The position numbers and the translations under genes are program-made. A model generated the notes under the pieces. The model did not search any database, had not been told where the DNA came from, and worked only from the letters and a program-made list of their open reading frames with translations. Shown here piece by piece: positions 47,667 through 61,436 of a stretch of 64,000 nucleotides of DNA. The first letter of the stretch is position 1, and the number at the start of each line of letters is the position of its first letter. Source of the DNA: Basidiobolus meristosporus CBS 931.73 (Eukaryota; Fungi; Basidiobolomycota); the NCBI GenBank assembly GCA_002104905.1, contig MCFE01000120.1, positions 1 through 64,000 on the forward strand, written 5' to 3'.

Positions 47667-47799
47667 TAGCCTTAGCATGGAAGCTCAGTTGGTAGCTGTT
47701 AGCAGAGCTGACAGCAATAAACAAGTCAAAAACTGACAACAGTAATGATGACTTATTTTCCACAGATTGCCTTGCATATAAAATTTCCTCACCAGCTGA

Positions 47800-48010
47800 A
47801 TGATTTCCAATCATGGTGCTTGAGAGAGTTCTGGAGATTGATAGAAACCTCAATGACATCAGAATGAGCTAGCAATGCTCTAAGTAAGTGCTAAAAGGTA
47901 CTGCTACTTAACCAATCAGGGATCAGTATTCTGAACCTGTGCAAATGGCAGGCATGGTAACACAGCTTGGATCTTGTGTCATGGATACTGGTGTAGATAC
48001 TTGCTCAGAA
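47800..48010 (-). mobile_element. Family B LTR core fragment
   Basis: Matches the GATAGAAACCTCAATGACATCAGAATGA / AACCAATCAGG block of B LTRs. Confidence 0.65.
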
Positions 48011-48406
48011 TAATGGCACATATATCCACTAATCAGACATAAGACTTGTTCCTTTGTACTATACCAGATCATGTAGCACCATCCAGGGTCTCTAAGAAAA
48101 ATTAAGTAAGATACTATAGGCTAGCATGATGTTGTATCTACCAGTTGGCATGATTGCTCCTGGACAATTCTGCACCAAGTGGACAATCTTGCATACTATG
48201 GCACAATATGACAAAATGAGGTTGGCACGGAAAACTGCACCAACTTGTAGTGTTTGTGTTACATGCACAATAAGATATTGATAGTACAGAAGGTAAATAC
48301 AGTATTTGGACATGTTTCTTTAGTGTCAGTGAATGTAATGCATATAACACTATAAACTATACTGATACTTACCATTTTGGTTACAATCATTCTGATGGGA
48401 CAATAT

Positions 48407-48775
48407 TGTTACAAGTATTGGCATAAGAGTTGTAGCGGAATAGGAAGTTTAGCTAGTATTGCATTCACTAAAACTTGAACTGATTTTTATTGAGGTTTGT
48501 GCAGCTCCTTATATATTTTTTGCCAGATCAATTGCTGACTAATTGGATTTCCTAATGTAGGCTGTGGCTGATGACACATTTGATTGAATCATCATCACTC
48601 AGTAAGATCCTACTTAATATATCTATTTCTGTCTGATTATGATCTGCTAATTCATTTGCTGACTAATGCTACTAATTTGGGAGATAATACTGCTGTACTG
48701 ATAGGTTAAATATACAACTAATTGATTTGACTAAAAACTGATCTAATGTAAGCATTCAAACAGTAGATCATAACA
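48407..48775 (-). mobile_element. Family E solo LTR (369 bp), TSD ATAT
   Basis: TGTTACAAG...GATCATAACA, homologous to 61437-61804; ATAT on both flanks. Confidence 0.9.
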
Positions 48776-48872
48776 ATATTTTAATGGTTAATTGGTCCAA
48801 ATCATCCTGGAGCTGTGTGATCTCAATTGGTTAGTTGATCAATACACAAGCTACCTGGTTTTTTTTCATTTG

Positions 48873-49201
48873 TGTTGTGCATCAACATTTAACACTAAGC
48901 TTACTTTCCTCCATTAGAAAATCTAGTATCCTAAGTGATTTTCCCTTTCCCAAGCATAACTAATCACTGTTATGGTTTATTTTATAACTTCTCAAAATCT
49001 ATTTTTTGCTGTCACACATGAACAATTTTCTAGTCATCATTACATCCTCAACTGATCTGCTAAGTCTTTCCAAAGGATTAGTCATCTGAGATCTATCCAA
49101 ATACTTGGTGGCTGCCAAGACATCTGCTGATTAATGATGCAATTTCTCATTTATCTTAAACACCTATGAACACCCCAACAGATTTCAATTAGTCCAGTCT
49201 C
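48873..49201 (+). mobile_element. 5' half of a family D LTR, interrupted by copia F
   Basis: Starts TGTTGTGCATCAACATTT and follows 15896 onward up to AGTCCAGTCTC. Confidence 0.8.
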
Positions 49202-52200
49202 TTTTGAAATATTAGACTATTTGGTATCATTCAGCAGCTAAAAATGTACTTAGCAACTCTAGACTAGTCTTGGTCACTGTAGGACTTATTTGCAGCCCCA
49301 AATTTGCCAATTTCCTCACATCTATGATCCTAAGATTATTCCATATAGTAAAAAACAAATTAACACTTTTTTCCAAACATTATGTACTAGCCCTGAAACT
49401 GTTACAGAATGCTCCAGAATATAAAGAAGCCCTCCTTATTTGGTGTTGCAGCTGTATTACTTCTACAAAGGTATAAATATTGATTCTCTTAATGAATAAG
49501 CAACAATTCAACTATTATCACTATATCTTGATAAGTTCCTTGTATCCAAGTCACTTCTTAAATTGCAACAGGTTATGAGCTCCAATTGCCTAGACCTATT
49601 CTAAATATGACTTCCACCAGCAAACAGAACAATACAAACATCTTCCCTGGAAAGGAGAGGTTGGATGGGAATAACTACAGACTTTGGAGAGTCAAGTTGC
49701 CAATCCACCCTGAGGAGAGAAAGCTTTGAAATATAGTAGCAGGAAAAGAAGTTGAGCCCAAAGGAACAGCAGATAAAGAGCAAAAGTTTCAAGAGATGGC
49801 AATAATGGCCCTTAATGATATATGTATCAATGTGCAAGATTCCTTTATTGGACCAATCCATGCTTCAAACACTGCCAAAGCAGCACCATAATCCTCAGAG
49901 AATATCTTTAGAGCAAAATCAGAATCAAGCAAGCTTTATCTAGAGCAAAAGTTCTTCAACATGAGGAAGAAGCCAGATGATGACATGCACAACTCAATAC
50001 CAGAATGGAGACACTTGCAGAAGTACTTTATAGTATTAACACTGGTGTAGATGATGAAGAAAAGCTACACTGCCAGCTTTGCAGCCTACCAGACAAGTAT
50101 GAGCCACTCATACTTTCTTTTGAAAGCAGAGATGATAATTTGGCTTTAGACTATATCAAAGGAAGACTTTTCCGTAGAGAACTAAGACATAGTAATCAAG
50201 CAGAGAATATTGAAGACAATGCTTTACTCAGCTCAGTGAGGCACACAGAAAAGAAGGGGAAGCAACAAAACCAAAGAAAACCTGGTTGCTGTAGTTACTG
50301 TTAGAAGCCAGGATACTGGGCAAGAGAATGCAAGAAGGAACAAGCGGACAAAAAACAATAGACTTGTTCCGTTGGATAGTGCCACATTGAGCCATGAGTG
50401 CCAAATGATGCAATAGTGTGCCAGAGAGGTCAAATGAGCCTATACTTGGCCACAGAGTGTGAGACATAGCTCCGCATCTTCATGCAAAGCAGCCCCTGTG
50501 TTTTACCCATTGCGCAGAAGAAAATCCATTTTTTGACCTTTTTTTGTGGATCAATGTAGCTCAGGATGTGTACAAGCACAGGAGAACTGAAGATATGCAT
50601 CTGGTACTCAATATGCATGGCACTCTGAATTGAGCTCCTATAGCTTGTATCATGTCACAAAAATGAATGGCACTATCTTGGTCTACTGGTACTACCTGGC
50701 ACTGTATTTAAAGGTTAGCCCTAAAGTAAGATCTATAAAAAGTACTTATAATGCCAGATAGTACCAGTGGACCAAGATAGTGGCATTCATTTTTGTGACA
50801 TGATACAAGCTATAGGAGCTAGATTCAGAGTGCCTTGGGTATTGAGTACCAGATGCATATATTCAATCTGCTTGTGCTCTAACACATCCTGCACAACATT
50901 GATCCAAAAAAAAAGGTCAAAAATGGATTTTCTCCAACACAATGAGTGAAACACAGGGGCTGCTTTGTATGAAGATGCAGAGCTATGTTTCACACTCTGT
51001 GGCCAGGTAGAGGCTCATTTGGCCTCTCTGGCACACTATGGCATCATTTGGCACTCATGGCTCAATGTGGCACTATCCAACAGAACAAGTCTAATAACTA
51101 GAGCTGGCAAATCATGTGACTACTGATGAGCAGTTATGTGTACCTGTACAAGAGAGTGCAAGTAACCAAAGTTATGAACAGTACATTGACTCTGGTGCAT
51201 CACAGCATATTTGTGGTCTAAAGGAGTGGTTCAGCAACTTAAAGACTATTACTGTACAAAAGGTTTATCTGGGAGACAACCCTGCACTGGAAGCTACCAC
51301 CTGTGGGTCTATACTACTGAATATGAGTAATATCCCAGGGGCTAGAGCAGCAAAACAGACTGATGTACTCTATGTCCCTGGAATAGCTAGGAACCTACTC
51401 TCAGTCAGTAAAGTAACTGCTGAGGAACTGAAATTTGACTTCACTAAGCTGAAGTGCTCAATATTGAGTGAAAATGGACAAATATTAGCTTTGAGAATCA
51501 GAGATCACAATAAATACAAATTACAATGCAAGGTCATTTTACCTGAGTATGCCAACATGGCTGAAACTGATGAATCTAACCGGGTGATGTGGCGTAGGAG
51601 GCTAAGACACATTGGGGAATAGAAAATGAGCCAATCAATGAGAAATGAGCCTGTTTTAGGCCTAAATCACTCAATACCAATCAAATTGAGTGTCTGCAAC
51701 AGAGGTTCATATGGCAAACAAGCTAGCAACATTTCAGGAGCTCAAGAAGCATTAATACTACTGAAATATTGGCTATTGTGCACTCAAACATATGTGGCCC
51801 ATGAGAACACTGTCCTTTGGAGCCAAGAGATACTTTATGACGTTTATTGATGACAAGACATGATAAACATGGTTATACCTCCTGAAAACAAAGGATGAGG
51901 TTTTAGAGATACTCAAACACTTCAAAAACATGGCAGAAAAACAAACTGGGTGTAAATTTAAGATTCCTTGAAGTGACAATGGAGGGGAATACTGCTCAAA
52001 GGTGCTTGCAAATCACTGCACATCTACTGGTATAAATCAGCAGACCACTGTTCTACATACTCCACAGCAAAATGGAGTAGCAGAAGGTGTAAATAGAGCA
52101 ATAGTAGAGTTGGGTAGGTCTATGCTACATGATAAGGCAATGGACTACAAGTTTTGGGCTGAATCTGATGCTATCACAATAAACATCAAGCATTAATGCC

Positions 52201-53990
52201 CAACAACAGCACTATGGGACTCTACACTCTTTGAAGCATATACTGGCAAATAACCAGACCTTCAGCACCTCAGGATCATTGGTAGTGATGTCTTTTATCA
52301 CATCCCTGACAAAAAACACTCAAAGCCAGAACCAAAGAGTAGAAATGGAATCATTCTTGGGTATTGTGATGATACTAATGGGTATGGAGTGTGTGATGGC
52401 AAAATTCCACAGCTGATCAAGAGCAGGGATGTTGTATTTGAGGAGAATTAAGATCAGAAAGCTACAGAAGTCATTGGCCAGCTGCCTGATGATGCAATCA
52501 ACACTTATGAAGAAGATACGTACCAAATTCAGCTAGAACTAGTAGGTTTACCAAATGGGAGAAAGCCAATAAGATGTATACAGGTCTACAAGATCAAGAT
52601 AACCTCAAATGGAATCATTGATAAGTACAAGGCTAGATTAGTGGCACAAGGCAATTCCTAGATCCTAGCAATAGACTCAAAGGAAACATTCAATCCAGTT
52701 ACAAAGTTTAACTCCATCAGGAGAGTTCTAGCCTGGCAACTGTGCACATTCTAGATCTACATCAAATGGATGTCAAAACAGCCTTTCTGAATGGGGATTT
52801 ACAAGAGACTACATATATGGAGCAACCAGAAGGTTTTACCAATCCAAACGGCTCCTATAAGGTGTGCAGACTCAGGAAATTGTTGTATAGGCTGAAGCAG
52901 GCACCTAGAGCATGATAAAACAAGATGAAACATATCAAGAGGAGATTGGGTTTACTTGTAGCACTGCAGATCACCGTATATATGTGAAACAGCTCAAAAA
53001 GGGTGTGATCAACCTAGTTCTGTATATGGACAGCCTAATAATAGCTACAAGTTACCAGGAGGCACTTAAACAGACAAAATCAGATCTCTTCAGCAAGTTT
53101 GAGATGAAAGATATTGGAAACTTGAGCTATTTTCTTGGAATTAAAGTGATATTTGACATACCTGCGCAGAATATTGTGCTGAATAAGTCCAAGTACATAT
53201 GGGACATTCTCAGACACTTCAAAATAGAAAATGGCAAGCCTGCTGCTACCCTTATAGAGAATAACCTATAATTGAGCAAATATAAGCCAGTTCTAGGTGA
53301 AAACAGCTCAAATATGGACCAAGCTTTCCCTATTTATCAATGGTTGGTAGCCTAATGTACTTCATGGTGTCTACATGTCCTGATATTGCAGTGGTTGCTA
53401 GAATAGTCAGTCAATTTATGCAGAGTTATGGAGCAGATTAAATATGGTACTGGCATACTCTGGAGCAGCTAATGGGTGGAAATTTAATGGTTATAGTGAT
53501 TCAGATTGGGGTAGTGATCTGATTGACAGATGCTCTACCCTTGGGTATGTATTTCTTTATGTTAATGTGGCTATTACCTGAAATTGCAAGTATCAACCAA
53601 CTGTGGCCCTATCTACAGCTGAAGCTGAATATATGGCTGCTTGGCAAGCAACTAAGGAGGCTATATGGCTACAGATATTATTCAAAGATTTAGGCCTTAA
53701 TTCTGATAAATCAACATGTATTTACAAATATAATAAAAGTTGTATTGCATTAGCTAGGAATTCTAGAAATCATGCCAGAACTTATCACATAGATATACAA
53801 CTCTACATAGTGAGGGAGGCTGTAGAAAATAACTTAGTAAGGTTAGTTTACTGTCCTACTGACAAGATGGTTGCAGAAATATTGACAAAGCCACTAGCTA
53901 GACCATAATTTGAGAAGCTCAGCTAAGATGAAGAAATTATTTAGTTGAGTGCAAGTGCCAAAATATAGCACTTTTTGGAATCATTCAGAT
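49202..53990 (+). mobile_element. Ty1/copia retrotransposon (family F), decayed, near full length
   Basis: 5' LTR 49202-49570 followed by GGTTATGAGCTCC (copia-type half-tRNAiMet PBS). Gag with CSYC..GH knuckle, protease IDSGASQH, integrase DNGGEY / PQQNGVAE, RT ARLVAQG / MDVKTAFL, RNase H ALSTAEAEYMA / HIDI. Copia domain order. Confidence 0.92.
50360..51092. mobile_element. 733-bp foldback MITE of the PHIS family
   Basis: Same AGACTTGTTC termini, TSD AAT (50357-50359 / 51093-51095). Two ~340-bp inverted arms around an AT-rich ~50-bp spacer. Confidence 0.93.
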
Positions 53991-54159
53991 CTATCCAGCT
54001 ACTAAGTAGTTGCCAAGACATCAGCTGATTAATGATGCATTTCTCATTTATCTTGTGCCCCTATGAACACCCCAACAGATTTGACTTAGTCCAGTCTCTT
54101 TTGAAATATTGGACTATTTGGTATCATTCAGCATCCAAAATTATACTTTTAGAACCAAC

Positions 54160-54460
54160 TACAATGCAAAGACCTATTGCCTATAGACACCAATATCACT
54201 TAGAGAATGAAGTGTGTCAGCTTAGGGCAATCAAAGCTTTTAGGAGTATTTTATAGTATCCCACTCAGCATTCACCTTGACATTTCATTTATCATTTGTG
54301 CAAAGGCCAATTTTGACTCACTTCTTGGAAGGCCAAGAGAGGTGAGAGCAAGAGCAACGGCAGTAGACTACCCAGATAGCTCCGCATGGTATACTGTGCA
54401 CTGAGAGAGCCCAGGACTAACAGCTACTTTCTGTGGTGTGGACTCCAACAATACCAATTA
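54160..54460 (+). mobile_element. Decayed family A protease fragment
   Basis: Nucleotide match to ~31675-31975 (LLPIDTNI, LLGRP, ARATAV.YPD). Confidence 0.8.
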
Positions 54461-55029
54461 ATAACATTGTGCACATTGTTATCTTTGCTGCAGCATCTTG
54501 ATGTTTGATCCTGACCAGATCTACCTGGGCAACCAAATTATTCTTCCTAGAGAGAGATACATAAGATAGAAGGAACATAGTGGAGCAAACAGTATCCATT
54601 GGAAGTAATCCATTAAACTTATTTTACTCTACCTTGCTAGGGCATGCAGTGCAATTTGCAGTTGTTACAAGTTATTTTATTTAATACTGCAGCACCAGTA
54701 GGCAGAATTGCTCCTGAATAGTCTTGCACCATATAGCACAATCTTAGGCACTACAACACAATCTGAAACATTGAGATTGACATGAATGATGGTGCCAACT
54801 CATAATGTATGGATTACATGTTAATTTAGCACCACCATTTTGGTAGATTAAGTGTGGTATTTGGATATGCTTTTTCAGTGTGGGTGGAAATAAAAGCTTG
54901 GTACTCATGCCTGTGCAGAGGTGAAACAACATTGACATTAAGTTAGAAGAGCTTCTCAATAGTCATTAGAACTCTATAACAACTTGAGGGTTAATACAAA
55001 GTGTTGTGAAGGTGCAAATCTAATGTTGA

Positions 55030-58000
55030 CTATAGGAGAGTAACTAAAGTCTAGAAATAAGAGTTGTGGTGGAATAGTAAGTTTAGCAAGTGTTGTGTTC
55101 ACTAAAACAGGAGAGGATCCTTATGGAGGCTCCAGCAGCCCCTTATATACATTTTGCCACATGAATTGCTGACTAATTATAGTTCCTTATGTAAGTTGGG
55201 GCTGGTGACTCATTTAATTGCATCAACATCACTCAATTAGACTGTACTTGTTAGAACTTTTTCTGTCCGATATGGATCTGCTCCATCATCTGCTGACTAA
55301 TACAACTGTTTTGATAGATAATATTGTTGTACTGTTAGGTTTTATATACAACTAATTAATTTGACTAAAAACAGATCAAAATTGAACATTTAAACGTCAG
55401 ATAAATCAGATTTACACTCTCTGATGATCTTGAATGGTCCTGTTGCTTGTGGCTCAAACAGCTTTTAAGTGTTGTTCCTTTCCAATGCAAGGTTCACAAC
55501 CGTCAAAGCCTATTATTATATAATCTTATCAAATCTCTGCTTCTTCTTTTGCAGAATCTTAGAGATTTTTGCCTGTGCCTCCTAATATTTTGCTCTAATT
55601 GTTGGTGTATACTAGGCTGGCTAAGTTCAACCTCCAAGTTATCAGTGAGTTTTGAATGTGTGGTAACTCCTGTGATATTGGTTCACATCCATTCACTGAG
55701 TAAAACAGCTATTGTTGAGTAGTGTTATGCACCCTTACTCTGCATGCAAGGAGTGCTTGATCAATATACTTGTCACATCTACTTACAGCTCCATTTGCAT
55801 ACTTGGCCAGCATTTGTTACAAGTCTTGATATAAGAGTTGTAGAGGAATAGGGAGTTTAGCTAGTATTGCATTCACTAAAACTTGAACTGATTTTTATTG
55901 AGGTTCCAGCAGCTACTTATATACATTTTGCCAGATCAATTGCTGACTAATTGTATTTCCTGATGTAGGTTGTGGCTGATGACTCATTTGATTGCATCAT
56001 CATCACCTAATAAGATCTTACTTAATATATCTATTTCTGTCTGATAAGGATCTGCTGATTCATTTGCTGGCTAATGCTACTGATTTCATATATAATACTG
56101 ATATACTGATAACCTGAGCATGTACTAATTGATTTAACTAAAAACTGATCTAACTTAAACATTCAAGTGGCAGATCATAGCACATTTTCTAAAAAGTCCA
56201 GTAAACTGTGGGGTGACTCAATCAGTTCCTGGGGGATATACTGAAGTTTCCAAATGTCTGATTTACTGCATTGACAAGTAGACTTTCAATGTCTTTATCA
56301 TAATGTTAGCTCATCTATCAGATAGGCTTTCCGTAGGGCTTCCAAACTTCATCAGGATCTCATAGTAGATGAAACAGCAACTTCTTATTCACTGGCTATT
56401 GGTACAACTCTAACTGCCAGTCATTTGGCAACATGTTCAATCGCATTTTGTAGCAGTGGGCAGTCCAATAATAAAGCTAATCTACCATCTCCTTACTGGT
56501 CTTACTGGCCAAAAGGAAAAGAGTCTAGCAATACCCCATGCTTGACCTTGGTGGATTTGGCAACTTGGGTATGTTTTCCCTAGCTTCTCATTATCTTGTT
56601 CCATTCTGCACTACCATGCTTGAGCTTTTACAAGATTACAGGTTCCTTCAGCTCCCCAATATCCATATCCCTTTTATTGCTTGTTTGTTGAATCCAGGCA
56701 AGCACCATAGTAGCAGTAGGCTAAAGGGCTTCAATCAATAGCTTGGTAGAATGTTTCTTCCTACACTATAAACTTGTTGGCTTTGTCCTGGATAATCTTC
56801 TTAATAACTTCATCAACCTCATATCTGATTTATGTACCAGGTTGGGTTGAGGAACTTGCTCTGGTTGTGATGAAGCGGAGCAACTGTGATATTTTCCCAT
56901 GAAAGTAGACAATCTCTTGGTAAAATTACTGAGTCATTCACTCCATCTTGTTATTCCTTGGGATAATACATTGTGAGTAAGTATAAACTTGAGTGAGGCA
57001 TGATCAGTCTTCACAGTGCACTTGACTCCTTCATTGTGACATAGCCATGACTTAAAGCAGTGTATGATGGCAAGTAACTCCTTCTCATGCACCAATATTT
57101 CTGTACTGATGACCTCAGTTTCTGGGATTTAAAAGCACTAGGTATTTCTTTCCCTCATGCTCTTTGCTCAGTACTTTACCAATAACATAATCTGAGGCAT
57201 CTGCACAGAGAGAAAGCACTTTTTGAAGTCAGTCTCTCTCAAGCTTGGGAAGCTCATTCTTGTGCATCAGAAAGGCTTTCACATAAGCTACTTCCCACTC
57301 CAAGGTCTTGTTGTTTGTGAGGATATCAGTCAAATGAGCTGCAATAATTGCCAATGACTTAACACATCTCCTGTAAAATTAGACCATTCCTTGAGTTTCT
57401 GAGCTTTGAGATACTATAGTGCTGCTTCAGATTCTTGAAAACATCCACTTTCCTGGGGTCTACTGTCACTTCTGTTCTAGTCACTATGTGTCCCCAGCAC
57501 TCAACATGCTGTTGGAGTAAATCACACTATGCTTGCTTGCCATATAGCTTGTTCTCTCTTAACTTCTTCAGGACCTTTCATATATGCACCAGGTGGTCCT
57601 CTACTAATAATACTACTTATTCAATAAGTAATGTGATCTGTTGCAGTTAGTGAGTCCTTGTTACAGTGATTGGTCACATTGTGTGATGTTTTGTCCAAGT
57701 TACAGTGGACTCATACTGCAAGGGGTCTTGCTCTCATAGGACAATCCCTGTATTCAATGGCATGATCAACTAATCTGACTGGTAGTCTGAAAGAACATCA
57801 AAGTACTCCTTCAGTAGAGTCCAGACTTTCTGGTGACCTAGGGTACAGGAATCCCCCTGTAGAAAATCCATATATATAACTGGTTATCTCTCCTAGGTGC
57901 CCTATAGGGATGTGTCTTGCTAAGTCCACTTGCATAACACAAACCAAAATTGATTAAGTAAAAAGCCAGTCTGGCAAGTATCTACATAAGTCTTGTTGCC

Positions 58001-58300
58001 TATTTTGATTGCAGTAGCATGGGTACTCCATTTAATTGATAAAAATCAGCAGAATAGGCATGTTTTCTACATACTAGGCCCAATTTGCAGTTGCAAAATG
58101 AGTGGGCCTGTAGGCCTTTTTATAGTGTTGATTTTTGTACTCACTGGCTCAGTAATATTGCTGACTATGCTTATATATTTCTGAGACCAGATTCTTCTGC
58201 ATAGCATCAATCTCCACTAAAACTGCTTGTGACTATTGTCTTCCATAGTAAACATAGCCTCTCTGATTGGTTCCTGCAGGCTTTCAAGACCCAGAATAGC
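55030..58300 (-). mobile_element. Old, decayed family E Ty3/gypsy copy
   Basis: Diverged LTR ~55030-55410, then sequence colinear with pol 61815-63965 but riddled with stops. Confidence 0.8.
55815..56182 (-). mobile_element. Family E solo LTR, TSD CATT, inside the old family E integrase
   Basis: Close match to 61437-61804; CATT on both sides; empty site visible at ~62370. Confidence 0.9.
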
Positions 58301-59460
58301 TGAGTTATAGTCAAAGGGGATGCTGATGACTTGCTTACAAGTTTTGAGCTGAATCTATTGCTACCATGGCATATATGAAGAATAGATGCCCATCAACAGC
58401 ACTTTGTGACTCTACGCCCTTGGAAGCATATACATTGTAAGCCTGCAGCTACCCCTATGTACAACAACCTGAGACTGAACAAATTGCAGCCAGTTGTAAG
58501 TGAAAATGACTCACATATGGTTCAAAACATTCCCTATCACTAAATGACTGGTACTCTGATATATTTGATGGTGTCTAAATGCCCAAAAAGAGTAATGACA
58601 GTTGGAATAGTCAGTCAATACATGCAAAATTTTGGATCAGATTAAATTCCAGCAGTTAAGTAGATTTTGAGATATCTACAAGGTGAATAAGTATGGTGCT
58701 GGTATAATCTGGAGCAGACAATAGGAAAAGCTTTGCTGATTAGAGTTGCTTAAATTGGGGTAGGGATCTGATTGATATAAGCTTTTGTTCAAATTTAAAA
58801 AGTGTTTTGGATACAAGGAACTTATCAAGAATTAGTGGTAATAGTTGAACTGTTGTTTATTAATAAAAAAGCTCGTATTTATATCTTTGTAGAAGTAATA
58901 CAGCTGTAACACTAAGTGACGAGGGTTTCTCATTATTCAGGAGCATTCTGTAGCAGTTTCAGGGTTAGTACATAATAGTTAGTATTAGTGCTAATTTGAT
59001 CCTGACTATAGGTGAATAATCTTAAGACCATAGAGCTGAAGAAAGTGGCAAAGTTAGAACTGTAAATTAGTCCCACAGTGACCAATGCTAGTCCAGAATT
59101 GTTAAGTAAATTTTCAGCTGCAGAATGATACCAAATAGGTCAATATTTCAACACCTTCCCAATGGGTTTGTACTTCCATATGCTGGTCCAGGTATCACTT
59201 GGAAGTGCAATAAACAACCAACTGTGGCCCTATCTACAACTGATGCTGAATGTATGGCGATTTGTCAAGCAACTAAGGAGGCTATATGGCTACTGAAACT
59301 ATTCAAAGCCTTAGGCTGCAATTCAGATGAACCAATATGTTTATACCAGGTTAATTAAAGCTGTATTTCACTAGCTAGGAATCCTATTAATTATGCTAGA
59401 ACTAAGCACAGCAATATACAACATAACATGGTGAGGGAAGCTATAGAAAACCAGCTTCAT
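58300..59460 (+). mobile_element. Copia integrase/RT/RNase H debris with a nested F LTR (58786-59153, minus)
   Basis: ITWKCNKQPTVALSTTDAECMA; the LTR is the reverse complement of 49202-49570. Confidence 0.75.
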
Positions 59461-59616
59461 GATTATTGATTAATTGTACCACTATAAACTTAGCTACACC
59501 CCCAGATGATTCGCACAATAGGCAGTGTATTTCCGATGTTGTAGCTACAGAAATTGGTGAAAGCAGGACACTTCTTGTTACACCACATGAGAGCCTTCAC
59601 TATTAAACAAAGTATA

Positions 59617-61436
59617 TCATAATTTGAGAAGTGCTTTGCATATACTGAGCTTATCTAGAATTATTGATAATAGTAGAACAGGTGTTTTTTCCAAGAAAAG
59701 CGCAGTATTTATACCTTTGTAGGAGTATTACAACTGTAGTACTAAGGAAGGAGGGTTTCTTAACATCCAGGAGAATTCTGTAACAGCTGCAGGGTTAGTA
59801 CATAATGCTTGGTAAAAGTGCAAATTTGATCTTGGCTATAGGGGAATATTCATAGGATCCTGGATCTGAAGAAAGTTTCAAAATTTGGGCTGTAAGTTAG
59901 TCCTACAGTGAGCAAGACTAATCTTGAAGTGTTAGGAAAACTTTTAGCTGCTGAATGCTTCTAAATGGTCCAATATTTCAACATTCCCCCTCAACAAAAT
60001 AACTTCTTAATCCTAATTCTTTGTTGAGATTCTCATACTGTGACCTAACTAGCAGTTTTGTTAGCATATCTGCCACCATTTTGTTAGTTGGGCAGTAAAC
60101 CTACTCTACCTGGATATTTCTGCAGCTTCCCTATCAATTTGGTGTCATATATCTATGTGCTCAGTGCTTGCATAATAAGTTAGATTCCTAGCTGTGAAAT
60201 ACAGCTATGATTAGCCTTGCAAAATCATGTTGGTATATCTGAAATAAAGCCCAAGTCTTTGAATAACTCTTTGTGGCTATATAGCCTCCTTGGTTGCTTG
60301 ACAAACAGCCATATATTCAGCATCACTTGTAGATTAGGCCACAGTTGGTTGTTGCAATTCTAAGTGATAGATTCATTAGCATATGGAAGTAGACACCCAG
60401 TGGTAGAGTGCCTGTCCTCTAGATCCCTATCTCAATCTGAGTCAGTATATCAATCAAATCTACACCTATTTGTTGCTCTAGAGTATTCCTGGGCCTTATT
60501 TATGGTACATTGCAGATATCTGAAGATGAGCTGCACTGCTGTTATTTGGTTGGATCCATGATTCAGCATGAATTGACTGACTAATCCAACTGCAATGTCT
60601 GGACCTGCAGATGCCCGCAAGTATATCCAGCTACCAATTATTGACTGATTGGGTACATTCTGCTTCATATTTGAGCTGTTATTACTTAAAACTGGCTGAG
60701 ATTTGCTCAATATCAGGTTAATGTCCATGAAGGTTGCTGTGAACCTGCAATTTTTATTTGAAGCATCTGATGATGGCTTTGATTCTTTTAGACTGACTCA
60801 GGGCAGTTGTACAAATAGGTACGGCAAGTTTTACCTCCATATCAAGAAAATGGCTGAATATTTTGAGATCTTTAATCTCAGACTTGCTGGAGAACTCTGG
60901 CTATGTCTGTTTAAGTGCCTCCTTGTCACTTGTAGCTATTATTAGGTTCTCCACATAATGTATCAGGATAATCATCCCCTTGCAAGTTGTTTCATTCATA
61001 AACTGTGATCTGCTGTGCTACAAATGAACACAAACTCCGTTGCATATATGTCAATCTACTTATACCTTGCTGTAGGTGCCTGCTTAAGCCCATACAGTTA
61101 TTTTGTAAGTCTGCTCACCCAATGCGGGCTTTTTGAACTAGCAAAACCTTTTAGTAGCTCCATGTATGTAGTTTCTTGCAGATCCACACTAAGAAAGGCT
61201 GCTTTGCCGTCCATTTTTTCTAGTTCCAGACTGTGCACAGCTGTCAGAGCTAGAACTATCTTAATAGAGTAAAATTTGGCTACCAGAGCAACTATTTCCT
61301 TGAAGTATAGTCCCTGGATCTGGGAACAGCCTTAGGCCATCAATCAAGCTTTGTACTTATCAATGGTAACATCTGAGCTTATATTAATCTTGTAGACGCA
61401 TCTATATCCAATTAGTCTTGCCCCATTTTGTAAATC
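59617..61436 (-). mobile_element. Copia family F 3' part: LTR ~59617-59983, PPT, RNase H, RT
   Basis: PPT TTGAGGGGGAA abuts TGTTGAAATATTGG; RT/RH fragments (PDIAVGLVSQF). Cut at 61436 by element E. Confidence 0.85.
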
